This document shows, piece after piece, positions 28,125 through 37,417 of a stretch of 64,000 nucleotides of DNA. The DNA lies in IMG/VR virus record IMGVR_UViG_3300025133_000020. One strand, given 5' to 3'. Source of the stretch: a virus (lineage: Duplodnaviria; Caudoviricetes). Each line of letters begins with the position of its first letter. Position 1 is the first letter of the stretch. The translations under genes were made by a program, and so were the position numbers. The notes under the pieces were generated by a model that made no database searches, had not been told where the DNA came from, and saw only the letters and a list, made by a program, of their open reading frames with translations.

Positions 28125-29399
28125 TTATGCAGGTTCTTTAATTGCTTCTACTACTTCTGTTAACTTAGTCATGTATAATTCTCGCCTTGTATCTGAGGTA
28201 CTATCAGTGCTGTATGTATCCTTAACAGTCTCATATAGATTATTAGCCAATAGCTCAACCTTTTCTGGGTTCTGAATTAGGAACTTGATGTGTTGGTACC
28301 ATTGTTTGTGGTTCTTGTTCGTATCCACCAATAAAGCGTTAGCCTCATCATTATACCCACCACCATATTCTCTAGCATTCGTTAGGTCAATAGTGTAAGG
28401 ACCGAAATCCTGAGCAATAATAGCCTTCTTATGGAAACCAGATTCAATCACCTTCAATTGGCTCTTAACCTTATTGAACATATTCGTGTACAACGGAGCT
28501 AATGAAATATCAAATAGGTTATAGTTGGATGCGTAGCTTGTGATAGGCTTCGTCCAAACCCTTCTATACGGTTCATTATCAACATTTTCATAGACACTAT
28601 TAACCTTAAACTTATGAAGGAAATCCTTATATTCTGGACTCACAATCTTGAAGTTATCCGTGAATATCTTTTCATACTCATACCATACACTCTCTTGCGG
28701 TTGTATAGGTCTCTGAGATTGCTGACCAGTTTTCTCATCGATTGTAGTCACATTACCTCTAAGGTCGTAACCACATAGCACGAATTGTACTTTGTCCAAT
28801 AACCCGTCAGATTTTACCTTTTGTACTACACCTTTCAATAATTTAAGGTCTTCCAAGTGGGAGCTACCACCCAACCATCCGATTCTTAGTCGTTTGGATT
28901 CAATTGGTTTTGGTGTGTATTGTTTTTCGTTGGGGTCGATAGCATTCGGGATAACATAGATGTTATCATTCATCCTATCCATCTCTTTAGCGAAGATGTC
29001 GGTAGTTGTGATAATATTTCTAGCGTGTTTAAGGTTGCTGGCAATCTTCTTATCCAACTTAGACTGAATTATCAGTTTATGTGCTGGATGATGTGTTCCT
29101 GGTGCCCAGTGGTCATCTACATCCATGAAACTAAGAATATTAAGCTCATCCAACCGTTCCAGTAATTTCTCCATCCCGTCATAATCACCTAACGTTCTAT
29201 GGTAATGAACTAAGTCAAACCCTTTTAACCATTCGTCTGATTTAAGGTCTGGTTCGTATTCAATTTCTACGTGAAAATCATCTGGATATTTTTTTTCCAG
29301 TGAAATATGGGGTTTAGTAGAGCGAAAATATGAGACGCCAGTGCGGTCAGATGGTACTACTAAAACTTTAATTTTTCTATTTAAGGGGTTTACTATCAT
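28125..29399 (-). CDS. GT-B glycosyltransferase
   Basis: DVDDHW, IPNAID, IGWLGGSSHLEDL, DISLAPL, KSQLKVIESG. Confidence 0.85.
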   Translation of the reverse strand: MIVNPLNRKIKVLVVPSDRTGVSYFRSTKPHISLEKKYPDDFHVEIEYEPDLKSDEWLKGFDLVHYHRTLGDYDGMEKLLERLDELNILSFMDVDDHWAPGTHHPAHKLIIQSKLDKKIASNLKHARNIITTTDIFAKEMDRMNDNIYVIPNAIDPNEKQYTPKPIESKRLRIGWLGGSSHLEDLKLLKGVVQKVKSDGLLDKVQFVLCGYDLRGNVTTIDEKTGQQSQRPIQPQESVWYEYEKIFTDNFKIVSPEYKDFLHKFKVNSVYENVDNEPYRRVWTKPITSYASNYNLFDISLAPLYTNMFNKVKSQLKVIESGFHKKAIIAQDFGPYTIDLTNAREYGGGYNDEANALLVDTNKNHKQWYQHIKFLIQNPEKVELLANNLYETVKDTYSTDSTSDTRRELYMTKLTEVVEAIKEPA

Positions 29400-30120
29400 A
29401 TCTATTTATTATTTCTTTTATTATCATTATACCGTTTTGCTTGTAATCGGTTTCCCATATTACTTCACAATGGTAACCATTTTTTTTTCCTAAGTAAAGC
29501 TTATCCTTATCGTATTCCCAAATTTCTTTAGCTGACTTATTTTTTTTCTTATTTACATAAGTCTCGGAATATTTGTTAGGGTTACAATGCCAATAATCAC
29601 CATTATATTCAATCAATAAGTTAAATTCAGGAATGTAAATATCAAAAATTTTACCTTCCACTATATGGTTACCATTGGCTTCAATATTGATACTACCCAA
29701 ATAATTAAGTATTTCATCCTCAGCTTTAGACCTATTATACCCCTTTATCTCCCCATTATTGATACGGCTCTTCATTAATTCACTCAACTTGAGTCGTGTG
29801 TTTTCCATCTTACCACTAGCCCATAGTTTAGTTTTCATATCACTAAACATTTTGCGATATTTAGGTTCTGACATGTGAGCACTATTAGTGTGACCACTTT
29901 TACTAATCGATATAGCTATTTTTGTTTTTTCAGTGTGTCGCTTATTATAAAATGGGTTACCCTCACCTATTTGTAACTTTAACGAACAAGGTTTACAGAT
30001 ATTCTTTTTCTTTAAATTACGTTTTAACGCCCATTCACTACTTGCTGAACACTCAATATCTGTATTACAACTATTACAAATCCAGTTACCATACCATCTA
30101 TTATTAACCTCTCTAATCAT
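29377..30120 (-). mobile_element. Homing-type endonuclease: Zn finger, NUMOD3, Vsr/DUF559-like nuclease
   Basis: CxxC pairs, GEGNPFYNKRHTEKTK, FDIYIPEFNLLIEYNGDYWH, VIWE. Confidence 0.8.
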
Positions 30121-30132
30121 AATACGTTTTTA

Positions 30133-30141
30133 ATTAAATAT
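30133..30141 (-). promoter_or_regulatory. Putative late promoter ATATTTAAT
   Basis: Upstream of endonuclease ATG. Confidence 0.55.
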
Positions 30142-30161
30142 GTGCCAACGTACTAAAAGTC

Positions 30162-30236
30162 TTAGTAACTTACTCCCGTTCTGTCGCTCGGTACGACCAG
30201 AACTTTAACTTTTCTTCCTAATGGGTTCTTTATCAT
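30162..30236 (-). pseudogene. Stranded original 5' end of the downstream glycosyltransferase (24 codons)
   Basis: MIKNPLGRKVKVLVVPSDRTGVSY* versus MIVNPLNRKIKVLVVPSDRTGVSY at 29399. Confidence 0.9.
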
Positions 30237-30252
30237 GATATCAATTATGTGG

Positions 30253-30283
30253 TAAATCTAATGATACTGAAGTTATAAGTAAA
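30253..30283 (-). promoter_or_regulatory. Promoter TTTACT-N17-TAGATTTA
   Basis: Sits before the stranded 5' end, i.e. probably the original GT promoter. Confidence 0.6.
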
Positions 30284-30293
30284 GTTAATCCAT

Positions 30294-30320
30294 AAAAAAA
30301 GGGGCTTTCGCCCCACTTTT
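30294..30320 (-). terminator. Intrinsic terminator
   Basis: GGGGC-GAAA-GCCCC followed by T7. Confidence 0.85.
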
Positions 30321-30344
30321 AATACTTCGTTACCTATATTAACC

Positions 30345-31028
30345 TTATTTTTTAGGTATAATACCTTCCTTCATTAAGGTTGTTATGGTGTCTTTGATTG
30401 CTTGCTCTCTAATATTCTTGGTCATAATAGTCATCATCTCATCCCGTACCATATCCCTAATCATATTTTCAGACATTTTAACCGTCTTTGGTGCTTGCGC
30501 TGGAACCTGCTCGTTCAATTGTTGTCTTGATTGTAATGGTCTCCCTTTTGATGCTGGTTTTGCTGATGTGCCTGCGTAATCCATAAGGTCAGTTCTGACA
30601 TTCTTCATAGCATCCTCACTAAGAGGTACCACTGGGGCATCAGTAGACGTTGGGAATTGCTTCATAGCTTTCTTAACCGCATCTGGCATACCAGAGTTAT
30701 CAACTAATGCATCCGTAATCGGTCCTGCAATCGCTGGTTTAGGTGCTTGAGTTTGTGGTTGCATCATTTGTTGCTCTCTAATGTGAGGTGGCAACTCTTC
30801 CAAATAGTTAATATCTGGTGCTGGTTGATATTTTTGTTTAGCCCCTGCAACTGAGTCACCCATTGTTTGGGTTGAATTCGAATTACGTGGCGCTAATGGT
30901 TCGTTACGCATACCTGTACCAACATTCTTTGCTTTCTCAGCAGCAAATTGGTCAGCAGCAATCATTACATCACGGCTTTCACTTAGTTTAGTTAAAAATG
31001 ATAAAGGTACGTCTGTTAATTGTTCCAT
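30345..31028 (-). CDS. Low-complexity (P/A/Q) hypothetical protein
   Basis: 227-aa ORF in late operon. Confidence 0.7.
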   Translation of the reverse strand: MEQLTDVPLSFLTKLSESRDVMIAADQFAAEKAKNVGTGMRNEPLAPRNSNSTQTMGDSVAGAKQKYQPAPDINYLEELPPHIREQQMMQPQTQAPKPAIAGPITDALVDNSGMPDAVKKAMKQFPTSTDAPVVPLSEDAMKNVRTDLMDYAGTSAKPASKGRPLQSRQQLNEQVPAQAPKTVKMSENMIRDMVRDEMMTIMTKNIREQAIKDTITTLMKEGIIPKK

Positions 31029-31037
31029 ATTCTTGTA

Positions 31038-31454
31038 TTATCCATAATTGTTAAAGTCAGCAACTTTGATATCACCCGTCATCTTTTTATCCCCATTAGG
31101 GTTAAATCCTGACGACCTATCTCCTAACGCAAATAAGTCTGGTCTACCATTGGCTTTCATAACTGGTTCCCAATTAGTAATCCTATCCACTCTGAATAGT
31201 TTCCATCCTTGGACACCACCACCACTTGTTACACCTTTGGTTTGGAATGCTCTGATAACTTCGTTACCTAAACCACCTTCCTTTCCTCTCGTGTGACCGT
31301 GTGCGTATACTTCGATGATTCTCTCACCACCACCTGTATTATCGTCACCAGCATAGGTAATCTTAACCCTATAGTGTGATTCTATAGCTTCAAAGATAAC
31401 ATCCTTACTAACTCCCTCTAATATAAGGCTTTCATATAAAGAGTAAAGCTTCAT
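31038..31454 (-). CDS. WYL-like domain protein
   Basis: ITY...ERIIEVYAHG...GWKLFRVDRI. Confidence 0.6.
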   Translation of the reverse strand: MKLYSLYESLILEGVSKDVIFEAIESHYRVKITYAGDDNTGGGERIIEVYAHGHTRGKEGGLGNEVIRAFQTKGVTSGGGVQGWKLFRVDRITNWEPVMKANGRPDLFALGDRSSGFNPNGDKKMTGDIKVADFNNYG

Positions 31455-31455
31455 A

Positions 31456-31800
31456 TTAAGATTGTGGGTCTACTGAAGGTGAATTTGGGTCTCCTTCGAT
31501 GTCTGGAGCCGTGTATGGTGACTCAGGACCGTAACCCCATTTTGATGTGTTATTAGCTATTGCAGCCAATCTACCAGAACCTGCGTAGTTTGGGTTACCG
31601 TTGATATCCATGTCGCCCCCACCATTGTAGGTATCCATGTATACACCAGTACCTTTACCCTTTACAGGGGTTTCTTGGTCGCTCAACGCTTTAGTGTGTG
31701 TCGCAGAATAGTTATTGGCATCAGCCTCACCATTGTATGCGTTCTTTGTGATGTTCTTTCTTCGTGCGTCATCAGCCGCTTGTCCTAATTTATTTGCCAT
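31456..31800 (-). CDS. Hypothetical protein, probably virion
   Basis: G/N/D-rich 114-aa ORF in late operon. Confidence 0.7.
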   Translation of the reverse strand: MANKLGQAADDARRKNITKNAYNGEADANNYSATHTKALSDQETPVKGKGTGVYMDTYNGGGDMDINGNPNYAGSGRLAAIANNTSKWGYGPESPYTAPDIEGDPNSPSVDPQS

Positions 31801-31815
31801 GTCGTTTTTTTTTAT

Positions 31816-32265
31816 TTAAGTCTTATTCATGTACTCTATTAAATATAGTATATCAGTAATTTCCTTCTCATAGGATTCAGAATTTACTACATTGTTGGTT
31901 ATTTCCCTACCAGAAGTAGCCACTTTTGTCCCATCAGGTGTATCACCAATGTTCTTATTGTTAGTATCTTTAGCCGTACCAATCTTGTGGTTATTTCTAG
32001 TACCATTAATAGAGTTTTTGGTACCTTCAGCACCAATCTTCATTCTAAGGTCTTTAGGGTGCTTCGCTTTTTGTATTGAGCTACCCAGCGTATCATCAAT
32101 CCACTTAAGCATTGCGGTATCACCATTATCCTTATCTTGCTTACCATCCAACTCAGATTTAATCTTCTTCATATTGGAATACGACAAAGATTTATTACCC
32201 TTAGCTAACATTACCAACTTCTCTGGAACAGGGAAGGATTTATTTTGTAAGTCTAGATTCGGCAT
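31816..32265 (-). CDS. Hypothetical protein
   Basis: 149-aa ORF in late operon. Confidence 0.7.
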   Translation of the reverse strand: MPNLDLQNKSFPVPEKLVMLAKGNKSLSYSNMKKIKSELDGKQDKDNGDTAMLKWIDDTLGSSIQKAKHPKDLRMKIGAEGTKNSINGTRNNHKIGTAKDTNNKNIGDTPDGTKVATSGREITNNVVNSESYEKEITDILYLIEYMNKT

Positions 32266-32869
32266 CTGATAGCAGTTTTTCTAATTTCTTCTTAGCGTCT
32301 GGGTCTAAATCTTTTATCTTATCTATAAGGTCATCGATATGAGCTTTCTTACTTAAGTCTAAATCGACCTTCTTAATTGAAATCTCATCATCTTTCTTGG
32401 TAAGCATCTTTTCAACCATTTTGGTCATAGCCTCTTCCAGACCTTCACCAATACCTACACCACCTTCAGGAGTTTCTAAGTCCATATCACCAACTAAACC
32501 GTGTGAGCCACCTACCCATGGAACCCATGAGCCTGTATTCACTCGTCTACCGTGACTGTAGTATGTACCACCAAGACCACCATAAGCAGCTTGCCAGTCA
32601 GGTCCTTGGCTGGTTTTAGCACGAACATCATCAGTTGTTGTCGCAATACCCTTCACATAATTCGAAGTCTTCTGCGCCTTCTTAGGTTTTTGTATGGGTC
32701 CTGTCTGAATATTAGCTTCATTACCATCTGGTACCGAACCACCAATTGGGGTAGCATCAGCGTTTACCAATTCTTCTATAGTTTCCTCATCCTCAATACC
32801 TTCACACGCACATTCGATTAATGGTGTCTTATATTCTTCCAAAAAATTACTTTTCTTAAAGGTTCTCAT
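32240..32869 (-). CDS. Hypothetical protein, possible internal head protein
   Basis: Acidic N-terminus with several [I/L]xE. Confidence 0.7.
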   Translation of the reverse strand: MRTFKKSNFLEEYKTPLIECACEGIEDEETIEELVNADATPIGGSVPDGNEANIQTGPIQKPKKAQKTSNYVKGIATTTDDVRAKTSQGPDWQAAYGGLGGTYYSHGRRVNTGSWVPWVGGSHGLVGDMDLETPEGGVGIGEGLEEAMTKMVEKMLTKKDDEISIKKVDLDLSKKAHIDDLIDKIKDLDPDAKKKLEKLLSDAESRLTK

Positions 32870-32885
32870 TTAATTTCGTCTTTAT

Positions 32886-32917
32886 TATAAATATACCGCT
32901 AATCCCCAATATTTATT
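32886..32917. promoter_or_regulatory. Back-to-back divergent late promoters
   Basis: ATATTTATA on minus (32886-32894) and ATATTTATT on plus (32909-32917). Confidence 0.65.
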
Positions 32918-32932
32918 AGTAAATCTAATGTA

Positions 32933-33973
32933 ATGCCTTTTAGAACACAACTAGACTTATCAAATAACCGTCAAGCTAAGGAACGACAAAGAACTATCAC
33001 CCAATTATCGGGTGCTACTATATTCGGAGTTCCATTCAGCGCGATGACTTCAGGTCCTGACTATCAGAACGAAGTCATCACCTCAAGCGTAAGCGGTTTA
33101 ACGAGTACTTTCACAGGTACGAGTGCTACCACAGTTTATACTTGGGCGCAACCTAATATGGTATTGGGAGAGCCTGTTTTAAGTGCTCTAACCCCTTCTA
33201 ATAGTGGTATCACTCAGAATACCGATAGCGTATTCTCAGCATGGACAACAACAACAATAGATGGTAATACAGTGGTATTAACATACTCAGGGGTTAGCTT
33301 TGACGTTAAACCTAATCAAATGGTGCAGTTAGCACCTAACTTATTTAGTGGTAATACCAATACGAATGTGTTAAATTACCTATCGGCTGGTACATTGGAC
33401 TTCACAGGAAGAACGATATGGGCTGATAATCCAGAAATAACAAGGACAGATAGACTGATTGTTAGTAGAAACCCAACAATTGGGTACGTTCTTACATGTA
33501 TTGATAATGAGGGTATGGTCGGGTGGTTCCCATCTTCTGGTGGAACCACTGGTGGAACAAGTACGGACGTATTCGTTACTGGTGGTACTTGTAGTGGATT
33601 AGAGATGACATTCACCAATAATACGGGTGGAACGTTCACCGTAACTGGTTGTACCTCAAGTGGTGGTACACCATCTAGTGCCGCAACGATTGATTTAATT
33701 GCTTCTACGACCAGTAGTGCTTATACAATGACTAATCTTGTTGATACGGTATTTATAGACTGTACCACTACTAATATTACAGCTACATTACCATCAATGA
33801 TTGGTAATGGTGGTAGAGTTTTAACGGTGGTTAGAACTGATAATACCGTTAACACTGGTACACTATCGGTAGGTGGGGTAGGATTTGTACAGGGAGCAGC
33901 ATCAGTGAACGTAGCAGCACAATCATCAATAACAGTAGTTTGTGACGGGGTTACTGGGTGGTGGATTAAATAA
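32933..33973 (+). CDS. S/T/G-rich virion protein sharing a module with fibre genes
   Basis: DVFVTGGT module; many SGxT/TGxT. Confidence 0.7.
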   Translation: MPFRTQLDLSNNRQAKERQRTITQLSGATIFGVPFSAMTSGPDYQNEVITSSVSGLTSTFTGTSATTVYTWAQPNMVLGEPVLSALTPSNSGITQNTDSVFSAWTTTTIDGNTVVLTYSGVSFDVKPNQMVQLAPNLFSGNTNTNVLNYLSAGTLDFTGRTIWADNPEITRTDRLIVSRNPTIGYVLTCIDNEGMVGWFPSSGGTTGGTSTDVFVTGGTCSGLEMTFTNNTGGTFTVTGCTSSGGTPSSAATIDLIASTTSSAYTMTNLVDTVFIDCTTTNITATLPSMIGNGGRVLTVVRTDNTVNTGTLSVGGVGFVQGAASVNVAAQSSITVVCDGVTGWWIK

Positions 33974-33994
33974 TGAATAATAAAACAAAAGATA

Positions 33995-35671
33995 ATGACT
34001 TACATACCTAACGAAATTAATAGAATATCAACACTGAACTCACTAACAGGTGGGACGATGGCTGTTGATGGTGGTTACACTGGGACTTCGGAAAATATAT
34101 CTAACTATACCACACTTTCCGTGTCAGTATACACCCCCTTTGGTACCAACTTAAATGGTACCGTATGGTTGGAAGTGTCAAGAGATGATGTAAATTGGAA
34201 TACTATTCCTAGAACACTTCGAAATTCGTCTGTAGCACAACCTATAACATTTTTAGTAGCCGAGGAATACTTCAGATTAAGGTTTGAGAATGGGCAAGAC
34301 GGAGGTGGAAATCCTATCGATACTGTCTCAGCATCTACTATGCAAATGCAAACGATGTTCTCCACCACAAGACCTATGTTTATTGGTCACGAAATGGGTG
34401 AAACTATATACGATTGGACTGGTGGTGTGGTTAGTAAATCAGTCCTAACTGGTAGTTTACCATCAGGTAACTACGCTAACGTGAAGGTTAATTCTGAAGG
34501 TTCTTTGAACACTAGTATTACTAGCCCAAGAACCGCATTCGGTGAGTTACAAATGGCACAATTTACCCCAGCAATTCAAGTATCTTTCCAATATGATGTG
34601 GTCAACACTGATATTATCTCCAGTGGTGATACTGGTGGTGGTGGAACTATTAGTCAAGCTAACGGATTAATGACGTGTAGTACTGGTGCTAATACTGACG
34701 CAATCGGTAGTGCGGAGAGCATTAGGAAATTAAAGTATAGAGCTGGTCAAGGAGTAATGGCTAGATTTACCGCTATTTTTACAAGCGGTGTTACTGGTAG
34801 CCTACAAAAAATAGGTATAGGTAATGAGGTTGATGGGTTCACCTTTGCGTATTCTGGAGAAACGTTTGGGGTGATAAGGACTGATAGCGGTACCGAATAT
34901 TTTACACCACAATCGGCTTGGACTATTGACGTATGTGATGGTAGCGGTTCTGTTATGAATCCAAGTAATATTCTATTAGACCAAACAAAGGGTAATGTTT
35001 ATCAAATACAATTCCAGTGGTTAGGTTTTGGTTCTATCAAATACTTCATAGAAAAACCATCTTCGGGTGATTTTACTTTAGTACATGTGGATGAATACTC
35101 TAATAATCACACAAGACCTTCAGTACATAACCCAACGTTGCCACTCCATTTACATGCGGAGAATACCACAAACAATACTGATATAACCCTTCAATGTTCT
35201 AGTATGGGGGCATTTGTAGAGGGGGAAGAAGCGTTCTTAGGTCCTACCAACGCTTTTGAAAATACTAAAGGTGTGAATACCGAGACTTCAATATTCTCAC
35301 TATCTGGTAAAACAAGTTATGGTGGTCAAGTAAATTTAGTTGAAGCTATCGTACAAATGTTATCTGTAGGTAATGAGACTAATAAGAACGCTATCTTTAG
35401 AATTTGGGAGGATTGTACTTTGGGTGGTTCACCTTCATATCAAGATATTAATACCAACAACTCTATTGTTCAAGTGGACACGTCTGGAACAACGGTATCT
35501 GGCGGTAAATTAGTTTACGCAGTTGTGGTAGGAAAAGATAGTGGTGAAGGGTTTAACCTAAAGGAATTAGATATTAGGTTAAGACCAGGACACACCCTAA
35601 CATTCACATGTTCAACGGTTGGTGGTACAGATGATAAAAATATTGCCGTAGTTTGGATTGAAGATTTCTAA
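33995..35671 (+). CDS. Beta-rich virion/fibre-associated protein
   Basis: 558 aa, lectin-like beta composition. Confidence 0.6.
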   Translation: MTYIPNEINRISTLNSLTGGTMAVDGGYTGTSENISNYTTLSVSVYTPFGTNLNGTVWLEVSRDDVNWNTIPRTLRNSSVAQPITFLVAEEYFRLRFENGQDGGGNPIDTVSASTMQMQTMFSTTRPMFIGHEMGETIYDWTGGVVSKSVLTGSLPSGNYANVKVNSEGSLNTSITSPRTAFGELQMAQFTPAIQVSFQYDVVNTDIISSGDTGGGGTISQANGLMTCSTGANTDAIGSAESIRKLKYRAGQGVMARFTAIFTSGVTGSLQKIGIGNEVDGFTFAYSGETFGVIRTDSGTEYFTPQSAWTIDVCDGSGSVMNPSNILLDQTKGNVYQIQFQWLGFGSIKYFIEKPSSGDFTLVHVDEYSNNHTRPSVHNPTLPLHLHAENTTNNTDITLQCSSMGAFVEGEEAFLGPTNAFENTKGVNTETSIFSLSGKTSYGGQVNLVEAIVQMLSVGNETNKNAIFRIWEDCTLGGSPSYQDINTNNSIVQVDTSGTTVSGGKLVYAVVVGKDSGEGFNLKELDIRLRPGHTLTFTCSTVGGTDDKNIAVVWIEDF

Positions 35672-37338
35672 TGGGCGCTAACATACATAATTACGATTTA
35701 AACAACCTCAAGTTGAGAGTATCCAATAAGGATTATTGGGACTTTAATCTTGTTGATGGAGATGTTCTGGGTTCCGCATATACTGGGGTTACATCGGGTT
35801 CATGCTTCATAACTCATTTCGACTTCAATAACCCTAACATCTATTCAACTGGTTCAACATCTGCCGACACTATCTATTCACTTAGAAGCTGGGAAGATGC
35901 TGTTAACACTGGGTATACACTTACCACTATTGGTATCACAGGAATCGATAATGGTCTGGTCACATTCGATAAAGCTACTGGCGATACGAGCAATACCGCC
36001 TTATTATCAGCCTTAACTGGTACAACGTTAGTTATACCTTCAGGTGATAGTAGATTCATAATGAATCGTGTTACTGGTATGACAGAACAATACATTTACC
36101 CTATCGATATTATGTCAGGTTCAAGTGGTAATCACGCAAGATTGTGTGGTGGGTTCTATCAAGGATACTACAAGTTGGATGGATACAACTATGAGGTGCT
36201 ACCTAACAGAGTACCTAAAGGGTGGACAGCCGAACTATGGGTCAATAAGTCAGATACGGTTTGTAGTGGCTATACGGGCACGACATTGAATGACGACTTC
36301 CCAGATAATAAAGGGTTCTTCTTCTACATGGGTACCAGAGCAGAAAATAAATTCTGGACAGTATTCGGTGGGGTGGATTCTGGTTGCACAAGTGCGTGTA
36401 CCGTACCTTTAGGATGTGTGGATACGGTAACAGAATGGTGTACAGTACCTAAAGAAACAAACATAACATTAGCTGATGGTCACGCTCTAAGCCCACCACC
36501 AACCAGATTCATTACCGTTACAAACGGATTCTTGATTTATGGTAATGGTGCTGGAGGTACTAACCATTACGGTGTTACATATCCTGAAGGTAAAATGGCT
36601 AGAAGCTTTACTGGAGATAGTGTGACTTATATAGCTCGTTCTCAGACGGTTACGGATTTTAGAAATCCATTCTCAATTTATTGCGAATCGTGTAGAAACA
36701 GTAATTGTAATAATGGTTGCGAGACTGTTCAAACATATTCTGGCGCTACTACGAGTGAATTAACTTTAGATGTTGATGCTGATATTATAGATAACGCTAT
36801 AGGGTTCAGGGTGAAGGATGACGGTAGTATTGGGTATAGATTGCTTAGTGTTACTGGTGCGTGTTCTGGTGATACATACACATCTGGTGTTACCGTAACG
36901 GAAGATTATTCGGTTAGTGGTACTGTAAGTGGTGATGTATGGACTAACATAGCTGTTAGGTTCTTCGCGTATGAGACCTATGATGATGATGAATTGGCTT
37001 GTAGTGCAAGACGATTGGGTAGGTTAAGTATATATGTGAATGGTAAGTTGAAGTTATGGGTGGATGACTTCTTAGAGATAGTACCAAGGCGACTTGAAGA
37101 GGATAAGTCTAAACAGGTCGCGGTACCGTATAACATAAGTGTAGGTGGTGGTTCTCAGGGATTATTGGAGAGTATGACGTTTGATGGTCAAGACCCAAGC
37201 GATTTAGGGTTAAATATAGAACAGAATTTTGCTGGAACCTTCGTTGGTGACATCTCACAATTCAAGTTCTATGCCTGTGATTTGAGTTGGGTTGACATCC
37301 AGAACGATTTTAATCAAGAATTATCTAGATATAGCTAA
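35671..37338 (+). CDS. LamG/concanavalin-A-like virion protein
   Basis: WTAELWV, WTNIAVRF, SIYVNGKL, FVGDISQFKFY. Confidence 0.7.
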   Translation: MGANIHNYDLNNLKLRVSNKDYWDFNLVDGDVLGSAYTGVTSGSCFITHFDFNNPNIYSTGSTSADTIYSLRSWEDAVNTGYTLTTIGITGIDNGLVTFDKATGDTSNTALLSALTGTTLVIPSGDSRFIMNRVTGMTEQYIYPIDIMSGSSGNHARLCGGFYQGYYKLDGYNYEVLPNRVPKGWTAELWVNKSDTVCSGYTGTTLNDDFPDNKGFFFYMGTRAENKFWTVFGGVDSGCTSACTVPLGCVDTVTEWCTVPKETNITLADGHALSPPPTRFITVTNGFLIYGNGAGGTNHYGVTYPEGKMARSFTGDSVTYIARSQTVTDFRNPFSIYCESCRNSNCNNGCETVQTYSGATTSELTLDVDADIIDNAIGFRVKDDGSIGYRLLSVTGACSGDTYTSGVTVTEDYSVSGTVSGDVWTNIAVRFFAYETYDDDELACSARRLGRLSIYVNGKLKLWVDDFLEIVPRRLEEDKSKQVAVPYNISVGGGSQGLLESMTFDGQDPSDLGLNIEQNFAGTFVGDISQFKFYACDLSWVDIQNDFNQELSRYS

Positions 37339-37395
37339 GTATTTCACTATTTACTAATAAATAACGTATCGACCTGCGCTTGTCGTGGGTCAGAT

Positions 37396-37404
37396 ATATT
37401 TATA
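37396..37404 (+). promoter_or_regulatory. Putative late promoter ATATTTATA
   Basis: Upstream of fibre 1; preceded by GC-rich hairpin 37368-37395. Confidence 0.6.
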
Positions 37405-37417
37405 AAAGAAACGATAG

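Noticed and set aside
10813-29399. Host chromosomal or prophage serotype-conversion locus
   Set aside because: Flanked and interleaved by phage genes and phage promoter motifs; no flippase, polymerase, lipid-carrier enzymes or integrase in the window
29399-30236. Group I intron interrupting the glycosyltransferase
   Set aside because: The downstream copy has its own ATG and duplicated N-terminus; only ~40 nt of non-coding space, no room for a catalytic core; no in-frame U/omega-G splice junction found
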